DNA of 44,027 nucleotides from assembly GCA_039208735.1 (NCBI GenBank), contig JBCCQY010000066.1, forward strand, positions 1 through 44,027. The letters are read 5' to 3'. The first letter of the stretch is position 1. Each line of letters starts with the position of its first letter. Below, in pieces: positions 8,599 to 18,155 of this stretch. A program made the position numbers and the translations under genes. The DNA comes from Myxococcota bacterium. Lineage in GTDB: Bacteria; Myxococcota_A; UBA796; GCA-2862545. The notes under the pieces are model-generated. The model did not search any database. It was not told the DNA's origin and was given only the letters and a program-made list of their open reading frames with translations.

Positions 8599-9945
8599 GT
8601 GGGTGGTTCGACCAAGGTGTGTGTCGTGGGAGGAGGGCCTGCGGGCATGGCGATGGTGCGCAGTCTGTTGGCGCGAGGCATCGAATTTGACTGTTTTGAG
8701 CGCCACACGGACGTGGGCGGCATCTGGGATCAGCAGAATCCAGGCTCGCCGGTCTACGATTCGGCCCACTTCATTTCGTCAAAGACGCAGTCGCATTACT
8801 TCGACTTTCCGATGCCTAAGGAGTTTCCGGACTATCCATCGCATCGTCAGATCTTGGCCTACATGCATTCGTTTGCCGATGTGTATGGTCTTCGGGACCA
8901 TGTCCACTTCGGTACGGGGGTCGCTTCGACGGACCGCACCGAGACGGGTTGGGTGGTCGAGACGAGTGATGGAAAGCGGCGAACCTACGATGCCCTGATC
9001 TGTGCGACGGGCACCAATTGGCATGGCGTGGTGCCCGAGTTCAAGGGTGAGTTTACGGGCGAATTGCGCCACTCCAATACCTATCGGTCGACGTCCGAGC
9101 TTTCCAGAAAGCGTGTGTTGGTCATCGGGGCTGGAAACTCGGGGGTCGACATTGCGTGTGATGCGTCCCAAGCGGCCTCGCACGCTGCGATCAGCCTTCG
9201 TCGCGGCTACCACTTTATCCCGAAGCATCTGTTCGGCATGCCGGCCGATGCCTTCGCGGCGCAAGGCCCCTCATTGCCCCTGTGGCTGGAGCAGCGGGCA
9301 TTCGGCGCATTGTTGCGATTCCTCCATGGCGATGTATCTCGGTTGGGGCTGCCCACACCCGACCATCGGCTCTTCGAGAGCCATCCCATCATGAACACCC
9401 AGCTGCTGCACTACCTTGCCCACGGCGACATCACGGCCAAGCCTGACGTCGATCGGTTCGATGGGCAGATGGTGCATTTCGTGGATGGCACGTCCGATGC
9501 GTTTGACGTGGTGCTCTGTGCGACGGGCTACCGCTGGTCGATTCCTTACGTTGACCCAAGGCACTTCTCGTGGCGAGGCAATCGGCCGGATCTCTACCTG
9601 AATCTCTTCAGTCGCACTGACGATGCGCTGTACGCCTTGGGATTCATGGAGACGAATGGAGGGGCCTACAAACTCTTCGACGAAATGGCGGATCTCATCA
9701 GCCAGGCAATTGCATCGCGGGGCGAAGGGACGGCGGACCGATTTGAGCGTCTCGTCCAAACCGATCGACCGGATCTGACCGGAGGGATCCAGTTCGTGGG
9801 TTCGGATCGGCATGCCACCTACGTTGAGATCTCGACCTACCGCAAACAGATGGCTCGCATCCGCCGTCGCCTGCGGTGGCCCGTCATGAAGCCCGGCATG
9901 TTCGACGCGCTTCGTGTGCCGACGGCGCTTTCCGCGGTGGCGTGA
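8599..9945 (+). CDS. Flavin-containing monooxygenase (class B FMO)
   Basis: GGGPAG FAD motif, GGIW, HSNTY fingerprint region, GAGNSG NADPH motif, ATGY. GTG at 8599 follows AAGGAGG; TTGACG-N17-TATCAG lies at 8524-8552. Confidence 0.92.
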   Translation: MGGSTKVCVVGGGPAGMAMVRSLLARGIEFDCFERHTDVGGIWDQQNPGSPVYDSAHFISSKTQSHYFDFPMPKEFPDYPSHRQILAYMHSFADVYGLRDHVHFGTGVASTDRTETGWVVETSDGKRRTYDALICATGTNWHGVVPEFKGEFTGELRHSNTYRSTSELSRKRVLVIGAGNSGVDIACDASQAASHAAISLRRGYHFIPKHLFGMPADAFAAQGPSLPLWLEQRAFGALLRFLHGDVSRLGLPTPDHRLFESHPIMNTQLLHYLAHGDITAKPDVDRFDGQMVHFVDGTSDAFDVVLCATGYRWSIPYVDPRHFSWRGNRPDLYLNLFSRTDDALYALGFMETNGGAYKLFDEMADLISQAIASRGEGTADRFERLVQTDRPDLTGGIQFVGSDRHATYVEISTYRKQMARIRRRLRWPVMKPGMFDALRVPTALSAVA

Positions 9946-10020
9946 CGAACCGAACGTTGCCGATACGCTCGCGTTCTATACGAGGTTTGTCATGGCCATC
10001 CGTGGATGAACAGGGAGACG

Positions 10021-10509
10021 ATGACCAACCGCGACGTGGAATGGGCCCCAGACGGGTTTACGGCGCCTTTGGTCAAGCCCGAGACCGACGGTTGGTGGGG
10101 CGTACCCCTTCGGTTCCACTCTCGCGACGCCCTTGTCTCGGTGATGATCTACCTGCTCGAAGTCTTGGGCCACTGGTGGACGGTGAGGCCCTGGGCGTCG
10201 TGGTCGTTGAGCCTACGCCGAGGTCGGCTGGTGCTTCGGCTGCGTGGGCGGCGACAGACCCGATTCCTAGCTGAGCTTCGGCATGTGCGGACCGACGATT
10301 ACGGCATGACGCTCGGGTTTGATGACGGCGAGCAATGGACGGTGCCGGCGCAGCCGACGGGTCGGCTCGACTTGTTCGAGCTGGCGGATCACCTACGCAT
10401 AGCGTCGGAGTCGGCGCGCGATGCCGTGTTTCGTGATGTAGAAGCGGCGAATCGGGCTCGAGCCGCCCTGCGGGGAATTCGGTCTGCGGCGCACCGGGAC
10501 GGACGCTAA
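10021..10509 (+). CDS. Hypothetical protein
   Basis: ORF with GGGAG SD that fills the space between flanking genes; no motif recognised. Confidence 0.55.
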   Translation: MTNRDVEWAPDGFTAPLVKPETDGWWGVPLRFHSRDALVSVMIYLLEVLGHWWTVRPWASWSLSLRRGRLVLRLRGRRQTRFLAELRHVRTDDYGMTLGFDDGEQWTVPAQPTGRLDLFELADHLRIASESARDAVFRDVEAANRARAALRGIRSAAHRDGR

Positions 10510-10510
10510 G

Positions 10511-11329
10511 TCACTGCAACAGTGGCGTTAGACGTTGTTCTACTTGAACGCGGCCCAGCTGAAGGTCGGCGTAGGCCACGCGAAGCGCGGTCTCCCAGCG
10601 GGTCGTTTCGACTTTGAAGCCCTGGCGTTCGAGGCGCGCCGTCAGGTCTGCGACGTGATCGACGCCGTAGATGAGGGTCTGGGCGCCTGGTTGTTCGGCC
10701 AGGGTGTTCAGAGCGACGGCATTACGCTGGCCCACCACGACCTCCCAGTAGAGATCCATCGCCGGATCCATTGGAATGGCCAGACTTTCGAGGAGGGTTA
10801 AGCGAGCCACTGCGCTCCGTCGGGCGTCCCCTTGGGTCGCGGTGAACAGCCTGGTCAACGCCGAGCGGTCGGACGTGCCCATAAAGTCCTGGACCACCTC
10901 ATCGTTGGCTCCCGCCGCGCGCAGGGCGTGCTCAAGTTCCGTCACCGACATGTCGGCACGAACCCACCGTTCATCCCGATCCAGCCCCAGATCCTGGGCT
11001 GCGAGCCCGTGGGCGCTCAGCGCATCCACGAAGGGTACGTCGGCCGTAGCCTCTTCTGGCGCGGGCTCGGACGCCAGCCCTTCGAACAACACGATCGGCT
11101 TCAAGTGGCGGTTTAGGGCGTCGTAGTAGGTGGCTTCGGCGACGTGCAGCGTGCCCATCACCGTGAGTGGCCCTTCGGGACCGAGGAGTTGGATGACCGG
11201 CGTCTCGATCAGGGCGGCTTGGTCGTCGATCCGGAGCCGGGTCGACGTCATGCGGACGGTCTCGTGCGGAGGCGGAGCGGGCGTGCAAATGCAGGCGACA
11301 ACGAGAGGCCATCCGACCAGGACGGTCAT
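10511..11329 (-). CDS. TraB/GumN-like secreted protein
   Basis: GTLHVAEATYY, VLFEG, RNAVAL and IYGVDH match the TraB/PrgY/GumN-type H..E..RN..GxxH pattern. Start at ATG 11329 after GGAG; the upstream part of the 454-aa ORF is antisense to the aquaporin. Confidence 0.6.
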   Translation of the reverse strand: MTVLVGWPLVVACICTPAPPPHETVRMTSTRLRIDDQAALIETPVIQLLGPEGPLTVMGTLHVAEATYYDALNRHLKPIVLFEGLASEPAPEEATADVPFVDALSAHGLAAQDLGLDRDERWVRADMSVTELEHALRAAGANDEVVQDFMGTSDRSALTRLFTATQGDARRSAVARLTLLESLAIPMDPAMDLYWEVVVGQRNAVALNTLAEQPGAQTLIYGVDHVADLTARLERQGFKVETTRWETALRVAYADLQLGRVQVEQRLTPLLQ

Positions 11330-11416
11330 GTTCACTCCGGATGTTTCTAAGTCTTCGCAGATTCCAACGATGGCGAGATGGTAAGCGCTGCGTTGCGGAG
11401 CCCATGGAGTTTGATG

Positions 11417-12085
11417 ATGTCCACGCCTTCGTTGTTTCGTCGGGCATTGGCCGACGCGATTGGCACGTTCGCACTGGTCTTTGTTGGGTGCGGAGCGGTG
11501 GTCGTGGATGGGCTGCATGACGGAGTCGTGGGGCACTTCGGGATCAGTGCTGCGTTTGGCCTCGTCGTGGGCGCCATGATTTTCGCCACGGGGCACCTCT
11601 CCGGAGCCCATTTCAACCCCGCCGTCACGGTTGCCTTTGCGGTGATTGGGGCGTTCCCGTGGCGCGACGTGCCCGCATACATCGGCGCCCAGACGGTGGC
11701 GGCGATCGCGGCGGCGCTGGCCGTCGCGGGGTTGGCGGGAACCTCCGCCCAGCTTGGGGCCACGTTGCCCGGTGTGCCTTGGCCCCAAGCGTTCGCTATC
11801 GAGGTGTTGCTGACGTTTTTCCTTATGTTTGTCATTGCGGCGGTGGCCACGGACGCGCGGGCTCATGGTTCGCAAGCGGGCATCGCGATCGGAGGCACCG
11901 TCGCGATGTGTGCGCTGATGGGGGGGCCTTTGACCGGTGCGTCGATGAATCCGGCGCGATCGCTGGGTCCCGCGCTTGTCGCGGGGGTGGCCGAGGGGCA
12001 GTGGTTGTACGTTGTGGCCCCCGTGATCGGGGCTGCGCTGGGGGCGCTGGCCTACCGCTTCGTGGCCGAGACCACGCCAAGCTGA
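11417..12085 (+). CDS. MIP family channel (aquaporin, NIP-like)
   Basis: SGAHFNPAVT and GASMNPARSLGPA NPA boxes; six hydrophobic helices. Confidence 0.95.
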   Translation: MSTPSLFRRALADAIGTFALVFVGCGAVVVDGLHDGVVGHFGISAAFGLVVGAMIFATGHLSGAHFNPAVTVAFAVIGAFPWRDVPAYIGAQTVAAIAAALAVAGLAGTSAQLGATLPGVPWPQAFAIEVLLTFFLMFVIAAVATDARAHGSQAGIAIGGTVAMCALMGGPLTGASMNPARSLGPALVAGVAEGQWLYVVAPVIGAALGALAYRFVAETTPS

Positions 12086-12162
12086 CGAGAAATTTCCGAT
12101 TCGGTTGAATATGGCGCCACGCGATTGCGTCGCATCCGGAACCGGGCCGAGGCCCGGCCCTG

Positions 12163-12933
12163 ATGTTGCAGAGTGTGCGCAACATCCCGTTGCGTGCCGA
12201 GGAGGAAAGATTGTTGGGACGTGGCGCCTTGAGCGTTTTGGCCATGTTGACTTCGGGTTGTGCCCTTCACTCCAGCCAGTTCTTCATGACGACCGACCGG
12301 CCGTTGGCTGCGCCGCCGGAAGCCCTTGGGAACCGGGTGGAGGTCGAGCGTTGCCAGTGGCTTCTGTTCTCGCTCATTCCACTTAGTCCAAGGCTTTCCG
12401 CCGCAGACCTCCTTGAAGAGGTTGCGGCCGAGGGTGGTTTGGCGCGGGTGGGCATCGAAGAGTGGCGAGACTCCTACCTTGTTGTGGGCTCACGATGCCT
12501 GCGCATCACGGGACGCCGGGTGGTCAGCACTGTGCCCGGTGTGTCCGCCCCCGCGCCGAGGGCCTTGGTGGTGGTGCCGGCCGGCGTTGAACCGAGCGAA
12601 GCCATAGTGGGCTGGCCCAGCATGCCTTTGGGAACACGTCTTTCCGCTGCGTTCGAAGTCACCCAGACGCGTGGCGAGGAGATCTGGGTGCGCCCGGCAG
12701 ACGTTACGGCGGGGTTCCACGGTCTTGAGGTCGCCTCGGCATCCGTGATTTTTGTGGAGGGGACTGCGCAACGGGTGATCATTGAAACGGCTGTCGATCC
12801 GCGTGCCGCCCTCGAAGAGATCTGGGGGAGCCACCAAACCGATCGAGCGGGACAATACATCTGGACGCAGGGCAACACGACGGCCACGTTGTTGGACCGT
12901 GAGCTGAGGATCGATCAAACGGTCGAGCCTTAG
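12163..12933 (+). CDS. Hypothetical lipoprotein
   Basis: Hydrophobic stretch ending LTSGC; Cys-containing N-terminal domain, Pro/Ala linker and a second domain. Start uncertain. Confidence 0.6.
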   Translation: MLQSVRNIPLRAEEERLLGRGALSVLAMLTSGCALHSSQFFMTTDRPLAAPPEALGNRVEVERCQWLLFSLIPLSPRLSAADLLEEVAAEGGLARVGIEEWRDSYLVVGSRCLRITGRRVVSTVPGVSAPAPRALVVVPAGVEPSEAIVGWPSMPLGTRLSAAFEVTQTRGEEIWVRPADVTAGFHGLEVASASVIFVEGTAQRVIIETAVDPRAALEEIWGSHQTDRAGQYIWTQGNTTATLLDRELRIDQTVEP

Positions 12934-12969
12934 CGAGGAGGAGGCGACATTTCGGTCACGTCCGGGCAC

Positions 12970-13944
12970 TTGGCCGAATCGTCCCATTGGTGGGCGGTCG
13001 CCGCCTCAAGCGAGGTTCGCCGGCAGCCACTGGCCCGGACCGTCCTCCACACACCACTCGTGGTGTTTCGCGACGCGAAGGGGCTTGGTGTCCTGCGGGA
13101 CCGATGCCCGCATCGAGGGGCTCCACTTTCGGCGGGACGGGTGACCGAAGCCGGTTTGCAGTGCCCCTACCATGGCTGGACGTTCGGCCCAGACGGAACG
13201 TGCGTGCGCGTTCCGGGCCGCCTTCGTCCGGGGGGACCCCGAACGGGCCACTTGGCGTTTCGGGCCGTCGAACAGCAAGGCCTCGTCTGGGTTGCGGGGG
13301 CGCTGGCGGGTGCGCATCCGCCACGACTCCGTCAGGTTGGTGCGGTGGCTACCACCTCGACCACCCTGCATGCCGCGGCGCGGGCGGGGTGGGGGCACGC
13401 CATCGAGAACCTGCTTGATGGAACACATGCCCCTTACGTTCACGGACGTTGGCTCCAACCCACTCCTCGACCGACGCCCATCGAGGTACACCGTGGAGAC
13501 GGCTACGTCGAGGCGACGTACCACGCCCGTCAGGAGGGCTTCATTCCCCGGTGGCTCGGAGCGTCGGTGACCCACGGCACCGCGCGCTACGACCACCCGG
13601 GACGCGCACGGCTCGACTACCGAGACGGGGCGCACATTCGCTTCGCGGTCGAGGCGTGCTTCACCCCGATCGACGCGCAACGGACCCAGGTGCTGGTGGT
13701 AGCGAGTACCCCCCAGCGCCGGTTCCTTCCTTCTCGCCTGATTTGGGCGCTCCTTCGACCAATGCTGCGCCGTGTCCTGGCCCAGGACCGCGCCATACTG
13801 GAGCAACAAGCCGATAATCTTGCCCGGCACCCCGACGCCGCGTTCCGTTCGACCGAGGCCGATGTGCTTGGACCCTACATTCACGCCCTGATGGCCGGCC
13901 ACGACATCCAGGGTCCCGATCGGCGACGCGTCATTGAGGTCTGA
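12970..13944 (+). CDS. Rieske non-heme iron oxygenase alpha subunit (VanA-like)
   Basis: CPHRG...CPYHG Rieske motif; ENLLDGTHAPYVH and QD mononuclear iron ligands. Confidence 0.93.
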   Translation: MAESSHWWAVAASSEVRRQPLARTVLHTPLVVFRDAKGLGVLRDRCPHRGAPLSAGRVTEAGLQCPYHGWTFGPDGTCVRVPGRLRPGGPRTGHLAFRAVEQQGLVWVAGALAGAHPPRLRQVGAVATTSTTLHAAARAGWGHAIENLLDGTHAPYVHGRWLQPTPRPTPIEVHRGDGYVEATYHARQEGFIPRWLGASVTHGTARYDHPGRARLDYRDGAHIRFAVEACFTPIDAQRTQVLVVASTPQRRFLPSRLIWALLRPMLRRVLAQDRAILEQQADNLARHPDAAFRSTEADVLGPYIHALMAGHDIQGPDRRRVIEV

Positions 13945-15079
13945 CCTGGAGGTTTTCGAAGGGGACGCTGAGTTTCCGGATACGGCGCGGGGGCGCCACG
14001 CCGCCCGGTGGTGGTCGGTGCTCCATCGGCGACCGCTGCATGAGGCGATTCGCAATGTTCGCAGGGTTCGACTTGAGCTTTGGCGGATGGGCTCAGAGGT
14101 GCTACCGGTCTCCGTCAGCGATTCGGTCGGCAGTGCGTTGAACAGCTACGTCTGCAGCCCCTATGCGCACTACGTCGCTTACGGACAGCACGAGGTCGAC
14201 AAACTGGAGCGCCCGTGGGTGCGGGCGATGGCCAGGCCCGCAGTGCGAGCCTTGGGGGCGTGGATGCGTCGTCATGCCTTAGAACGCGTCGTCTACGTCA
14301 ACAACTGGCTGCTCTCGACCAACCTGTACCCGCCGTTGGAGGCCGAGGCGGTGGAGGCGCTGCACCATCGGCTGGTCGAGCGGCATCCTTCGCATGCGGT
14401 GGTGTGGCGGTCGGTCGATGAGCGCCAACACCAAGCCCTGCTCACCCAACTCAAGCGTCTCGGCTATGCGACGCTGTTTTCGCGCCTGGTTTGGTTTCAG
14501 GACCCGACCGATTCGGCGCTTTGGTCGCGCCGCAACGTTCGACTCGACCAGAAGGTGCTACGACGGAGTGGGCTCGCCGTGATCGATGCGGCGACCCTGC
14601 GCGATGCAGCGTTTGAACGACTCGCCGATCTCTATTCGCAGCTCTACCTGCAAAAGTACTCCGAGCACAATCCGGACTTTACGTCGCGCTACCTTCGTGA
14701 ACTCGTCCGCGAGGGAGCGCTGTCGATGCGGGCCCTCACCAAGGACGACCGAATCGATGCGGTCTACGGCTACTACACCCGAGCGGGGGTGGGTACTTCG
14801 CCCATTTTTGGCTACGATCTCGGGTTACCGCCCGAGACTGGTCTGTATCGATGTTTGTCTGCGGCCTGGACCGCAGAGGCGCGCGATCTGGGGGTGCAGA
14901 TCCATGCGTCGGCGGGGGTTGGCCGATTCAAGCAGCATCGGGGTGGGGTCCCCGCACTTGAATACAACGTCGTATTCACCGGCCACCTGCCCCGTCCTCG
15001 CCGGCGTCCGTGGTGGGTCCTGCAATCGATTCTCGATCGCATTGTGGTACCCCTGACCTGGGAACTTGAAGTGGCATGA
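13934..15079 (+). CDS. GNAT/FemAB-like hypothetical protein
   Basis: NSYVCSPYAHY, VNNWLLSTNLYP, LYLQKYS..NP.FT, FGYD, SAGVGRFKQHRG; overlaps both neighbours. Confidence 0.7.
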   Translation: MRSDLEVFEGDAEFPDTARGRHAARWWSVLHRRPLHEAIRNVRRVRLELWRMGSEVLPVSVSDSVGSALNSYVCSPYAHYVAYGQHEVDKLERPWVRAMARPAVRALGAWMRRHALERVVYVNNWLLSTNLYPPLEAEAVEALHHRLVERHPSHAVVWRSVDERQHQALLTQLKRLGYATLFSRLVWFQDPTDSALWSRRNVRLDQKVLRRSGLAVIDAATLRDAAFERLADLYSQLYLQKYSEHNPDFTSRYLRELVREGALSMRALTKDDRIDAVYGYYTRAGVGTSPIFGYDLGLPPETGLYRCLSAAWTAEARDLGVQIHASAGVGRFKQHRGGVPALEYNVVFTGHLPRPRRRPWWVLQSILDRIVVPLTWELEVA

Positions 15080-16074
15080 CGGTGCGTGAACCGACCCCCC
15101 GGGTGTTGGTGACGGGAGCCACGGGGTTTCTCGGGCGTCGCGTGGTGGCGCGGCTGCGGGAGCATGTCGAGGTTCGAGGAACGGGGCGGAACCCAGATCA
15201 GGGGCGGCGGCTCCTTGAGATGGGGGCCGAGTTCGTGCCGGCTGACCTCACCCAGCCTGATGCGGTCCGTGGCGTGGCCGAGGGGATCGACGTCGTCGTC
15301 CATTGTGCGGGATTGTCCACGCCGTGGGGGCGTTGGGCGGACTTTCACACCCACAATGTTGGCGCGACGGGGACCATCTTGGCTGAAGCGCAGCGGGCTG
15401 GGGTGAGGCGGTTCGTGCACATCAGCACCTCGAGTGTCTACGCCCAGCCCCGTTCCCAACGCGCCATCCCCGAGACGGCGGCCCTTCCTCCGCCGGCGAA
15501 TCTCTACGTTCGCAGCAAGCGGAGCGCGGAGCGGCTCGTGTTGGAGAGCTCCCTTCCTAGCGTAATCTTACGGCCCCGAGGGCTGTTTGGCCCTGAGGAT
15601 CCAGCCGTGTTGGCCCGGGTCGTTCGCGCGCTGAAGGACCGGCGATTGCCGGTCTTGGGATCCGAGGACACCACGATCGATCTCACCTACGTCGACAACG
15701 CAGCGGAGGCGGTGCGCTGTGCGGTGGTGGCCCCCGAGTCCGCGATGGGTGGCATCTACAACGTCACCAACGGAGAGCCCATCCCCTTGTGGCCCGCCAT
15801 TCGGACCTTGGCGGCACGGCTCGACTTGCCCCCTCCCGGTCCAAGGTTGCCGGTTTCCGTGGTGCGAGGGCTCGCGGGGCTGCTCGAAGGGTGGGCGCGG
15901 ATGTGGCCCTGGGCTGGCGAGCCGCGGCTCACGCGCTACACGGTAGGCCTGTTGGCCTATTCGACGACCCTCGACATTTCGAAGGCGCGATCCCAGCTTG
16001 GCTACGAGCCGCTCGTGTCCATGGAGCAAGGCATCGATCGGTACGTCGACTGGTTGCGTAGGAGAGAGCCGTGA
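15076..16074 (+). CDS. NAD-dependent epimerase/3-beta-HSD family extended SDR
   Basis: VTGATGFLG, HCAGLSTPWG, HISTSSVY, YVRSK, LRPRGLFGP; ATGA overlap with the upstream gene. Confidence 0.92.
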   Translation: MTVREPTPRVLVTGATGFLGRRVVARLREHVEVRGTGRNPDQGRRLLEMGAEFVPADLTQPDAVRGVAEGIDVVVHCAGLSTPWGRWADFHTHNVGATGTILAEAQRAGVRRFVHISTSSVYAQPRSQRAIPETAALPPPANLYVRSKRSAERLVLESSLPSVILRPRGLFGPEDPAVLARVVRALKDRRLPVLGSEDTTIDLTYVDNAAEAVRCAVVAPESAMGGIYNVTNGEPIPLWPAIRTLAARLDLPPPGPRLPVSVVRGLAGLLEGWARMWPWAGEPRLTRYTVGLLAYSTTLDISKARSQLGYEPLVSMEQGIDRYVDWLRRREP

Positions 16075-16907
16075 CCGGACTCAAGGTACGCATCGATGCG
16101 GCGGGAAGTTGCCTTCACCCTGAGCACGTCGTGCTGAGGTCCGGGTCGTTGTGGCCCATGCGGTTTCCCGCCATCTACGCGGTGCTCGAGCATCCGACTC
16201 GAGGGCTGACGTTGTTCGATACGGGCTATGGGACGTCATTCTTTGAGGCGACCCGGACGTTTCCGGAATGCCTGTATCGGCTCGTGACGCCGGTCGATTT
16301 CGATCCGCAACAGACCGCCAAAGCCCGGTTGGAGCAACGTGGGGCGCGCGTTGAAGACGTCCGCCGGGTCGTCATCTCGCACTTTCACGCCGATCACATC
16401 GCGGCCTTGCGCGACTTCCCCAAGGCAAAATTCGTCTTTTTGCCAGAGGCCTGGGAGATGCTTCGGCATCGGTCCCGTTGGTCGTTGCTGTTGCGGGCGT
16501 TCCTGCCCGCTCTGTTGCCCGATGACTTTGCCGACCGCATTGCGCCCCTCGGCGGATCCCTACGACCGTTGCCCGATACCTGTGCGCCATTCAACCATGG
16601 GTTCGACCTGTTTTCCGACGGAACCGTTTATGCGGTGCCGTTGCCCGGTCATGCCGATGGTCAGCTCGGTCTGTACTGTGAAGCGGAGGACGGTCCAGTC
16701 TTTTTGGTCGCCGATGCTTGCTACACCTCGCGAAGTTTTCGAGAGGCCATCGTGCCACATCCCATCGCGGGCCTCATCGTCGATGACCGTAAGGAATACC
16801 GACGTACGCTGGGCAAGATCCATGCGCTGCACGAACGGGACCCCGACCTTCGCATCGTCCCCTCGCATTGCACGGAGGCGCTGCACGCTGCGGGATGCTC
16901 GTCTTGA
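16071..16907 (+). CDS. Metallo-beta-lactamase fold hydrolase (GumP/AHL-lactonase-like)
   Basis: LFDTGY, SHFHADH, LPGHADGQ, VADA, PSH; GTGA overlap with the upstream gene. Confidence 0.92.
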   Translation: MTGLKVRIDAAGSCLHPEHVVLRSGSLWPMRFPAIYAVLEHPTRGLTLFDTGYGTSFFEATRTFPECLYRLVTPVDFDPQQTAKARLEQRGARVEDVRRVVISHFHADHIAALRDFPKAKFVFLPEAWEMLRHRSRWSLLLRAFLPALLPDDFADRIAPLGGSLRPLPDTCAPFNHGFDLFSDGTVYAVPLPGHADGQLGLYCEAEDGPVFLVADACYTSRSFREAIVPHPIAGLIVDDRKEYRRTLGKIHALHERDPDLRIVPSHCTEALHAAGCSS

Positions 16908-18052
16908 ACGTGTTGGTGACGGGGGCCCGAGCCCCGGTAGCGCTGGACTGGCTGCGTCGGCTCAAGGCCGGGGGTCACGCCGTCTGGTTGGCCGACAGCG
17001 TGTGGTGGTGTGGAACGGCCGGCAGTCGCCACCACCAAGGCTATCTGCGGGTGCCCCCCGCTCGGCAGGCGCCGCGCGCGTTTCTCGACGCATTGGCCCA
17101 GGCCTGCGTCACCCATGCCATCGATTGGATCCTTCCCACCTGTGAAGAGGTGTTTTGGGTGGCGCAGGGGGCAGACGATCTTCCCGCCCGCGTGTTCGTG
17201 GATCGCATCGAGGGGCTCGAGAACCTGCATCACAAGGGACGCTTTGCGGAGCTGACCCACGCCCTAGGTCACGCGATCCAGGCGCCGCCCACGCAAGAGG
17301 TGGGTTCACGGCAGGAGGCGGAGGGGCTAGGGAACCCGCAAGATTGGGTGTTTAAGCCCGCGTATTCCCGGTTTGCCAGCCGGACGCAGGTGGGACCAGA
17401 GGCCTCCGTCCTTCGGACCATCGATTGGGGTTCGGAATCTTGGGTGGCCCAGCGACGGATACGAGGGGTCGAGCATTCCACGTTTGGCCTTGCTCACGAG
17501 GGCCGGCTTGTGGCCCACGGTTGCTACCGCAGTGTCTACCGGGTGGGCACGGGTTCGGGTGTGCTGTTTCGCAACGTCACGGAAGCGCAGCCTCTGATCC
17601 GCGAGTTCGTGGAGCGCCTCGTCGCGCATGGCCGGTTCACCGGTCAGATCGGCTTCGACTTTCTCACCGACGCGTCCGGCACCTATGTCATCGAGTGCAA
17701 TCCTCGGGCGACCAGTGGCCTGCACCTGTTTGCCCCCGGGCAGTTGATGGAGCCGTTGTTTGACCCACAAGGGCCGTTGGTGCTTGCCTCGGGAGAGGAC
17801 CGAAGTTTGGGCTTTGCCATGCCCATGGTGGCCGAGGCGGCCCGGCCGTGGCTCTGGCGACGGTGGTGGCGGGATTGGTCGGCGACGCGGGATGTGGTGT
17901 GGGATGCCCACGATGTCGGACCGTTTGTGCGCACCCCGCTTTCGGTGGTGGAGTTCGTCTGGCGCGGGTTGCGGACGGGTCGCTCGCCTACGGGCGCATC
18001 GACGTTCGACATCGAATGGGATGGGACCCGCATCATCAATGTGGACGGGTAG
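16904..18052 (+). CDS. ATP-grasp domain protein
   Basis: VLVTGARAPVAL, PTCEEVF, KPAYSRF, QIGFDF, IECNPRATSG. Start is TTG 16904 (TTGA overlap) or ATG 16895. Confidence 0.88.
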   Translation: MNVLVTGARAPVALDWLRRLKAGGHAVWLADSVWWCGTAGSRHHQGYLRVPPARQAPRAFLDALAQACVTHAIDWILPTCEEVFWVAQGADDLPARVFVDRIEGLENLHHKGRFAELTHALGHAIQAPPTQEVGSRQEAEGLGNPQDWVFKPAYSRFASRTQVGPEASVLRTIDWGSESWVAQRRIRGVEHSTFGLAHEGRLVAHGCYRSVYRVGTGSGVLFRNVTEAQPLIREFVERLVAHGRFTGQIGFDFLTDASGTYVIECNPRATSGLHLFAPGQLMEPLFDPQGPLVLASGEDRSLGFAMPMVAEAARPWLWRRWWRDWSATRDVVWDAHDVGPFVRTPLSVVEFVWRGLRTGRSPTGASTFDIEWDGTRIINVDG

Positions 18053-18155
18053 TCGCGTCCGCTGGCGGCCCTAGAAGCTGCGGTTACGGCAAAGAACAGT
18101 CGTACGACCGTGGGGTGAGCCTGTCGACAACGGGTCGTACGCAAAGGGAGTTTGC

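Noticed and set aside
11330..11875. N-terminal 180 aa of the 454-aa minus-strand ORF
   Set aside because: Antisense shadow of the aquaporin; a better start with an SD lies at 11329.
12108..12128. Sigma54 promoter (TGGC...TTGC)
   Set aside because: GG-GC spacing does not fit the required -24/-12 geometry.
12163..13944. Read-through fusion of the lipoprotein and the Rieske oxygenase (same frame, single TAG between them)
   Set aside because: A shared frame has a one-in-three chance, there is a strong SD after the stop, and the predicted localisations are incompatible.
16071..16907. Antibiotic-resistance beta-lactamase
   Set aside because: No signal peptide, and it is embedded in a biosynthetic operon; the HxHxDH fold alone is not evidence of resistance.
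18101..18141. Intrinsic terminator (CGTACGACC...GGTCGTACG inverted repeat)
   Set aside because: Long loop and no U-tract on the coding strand; function cannot be supported.
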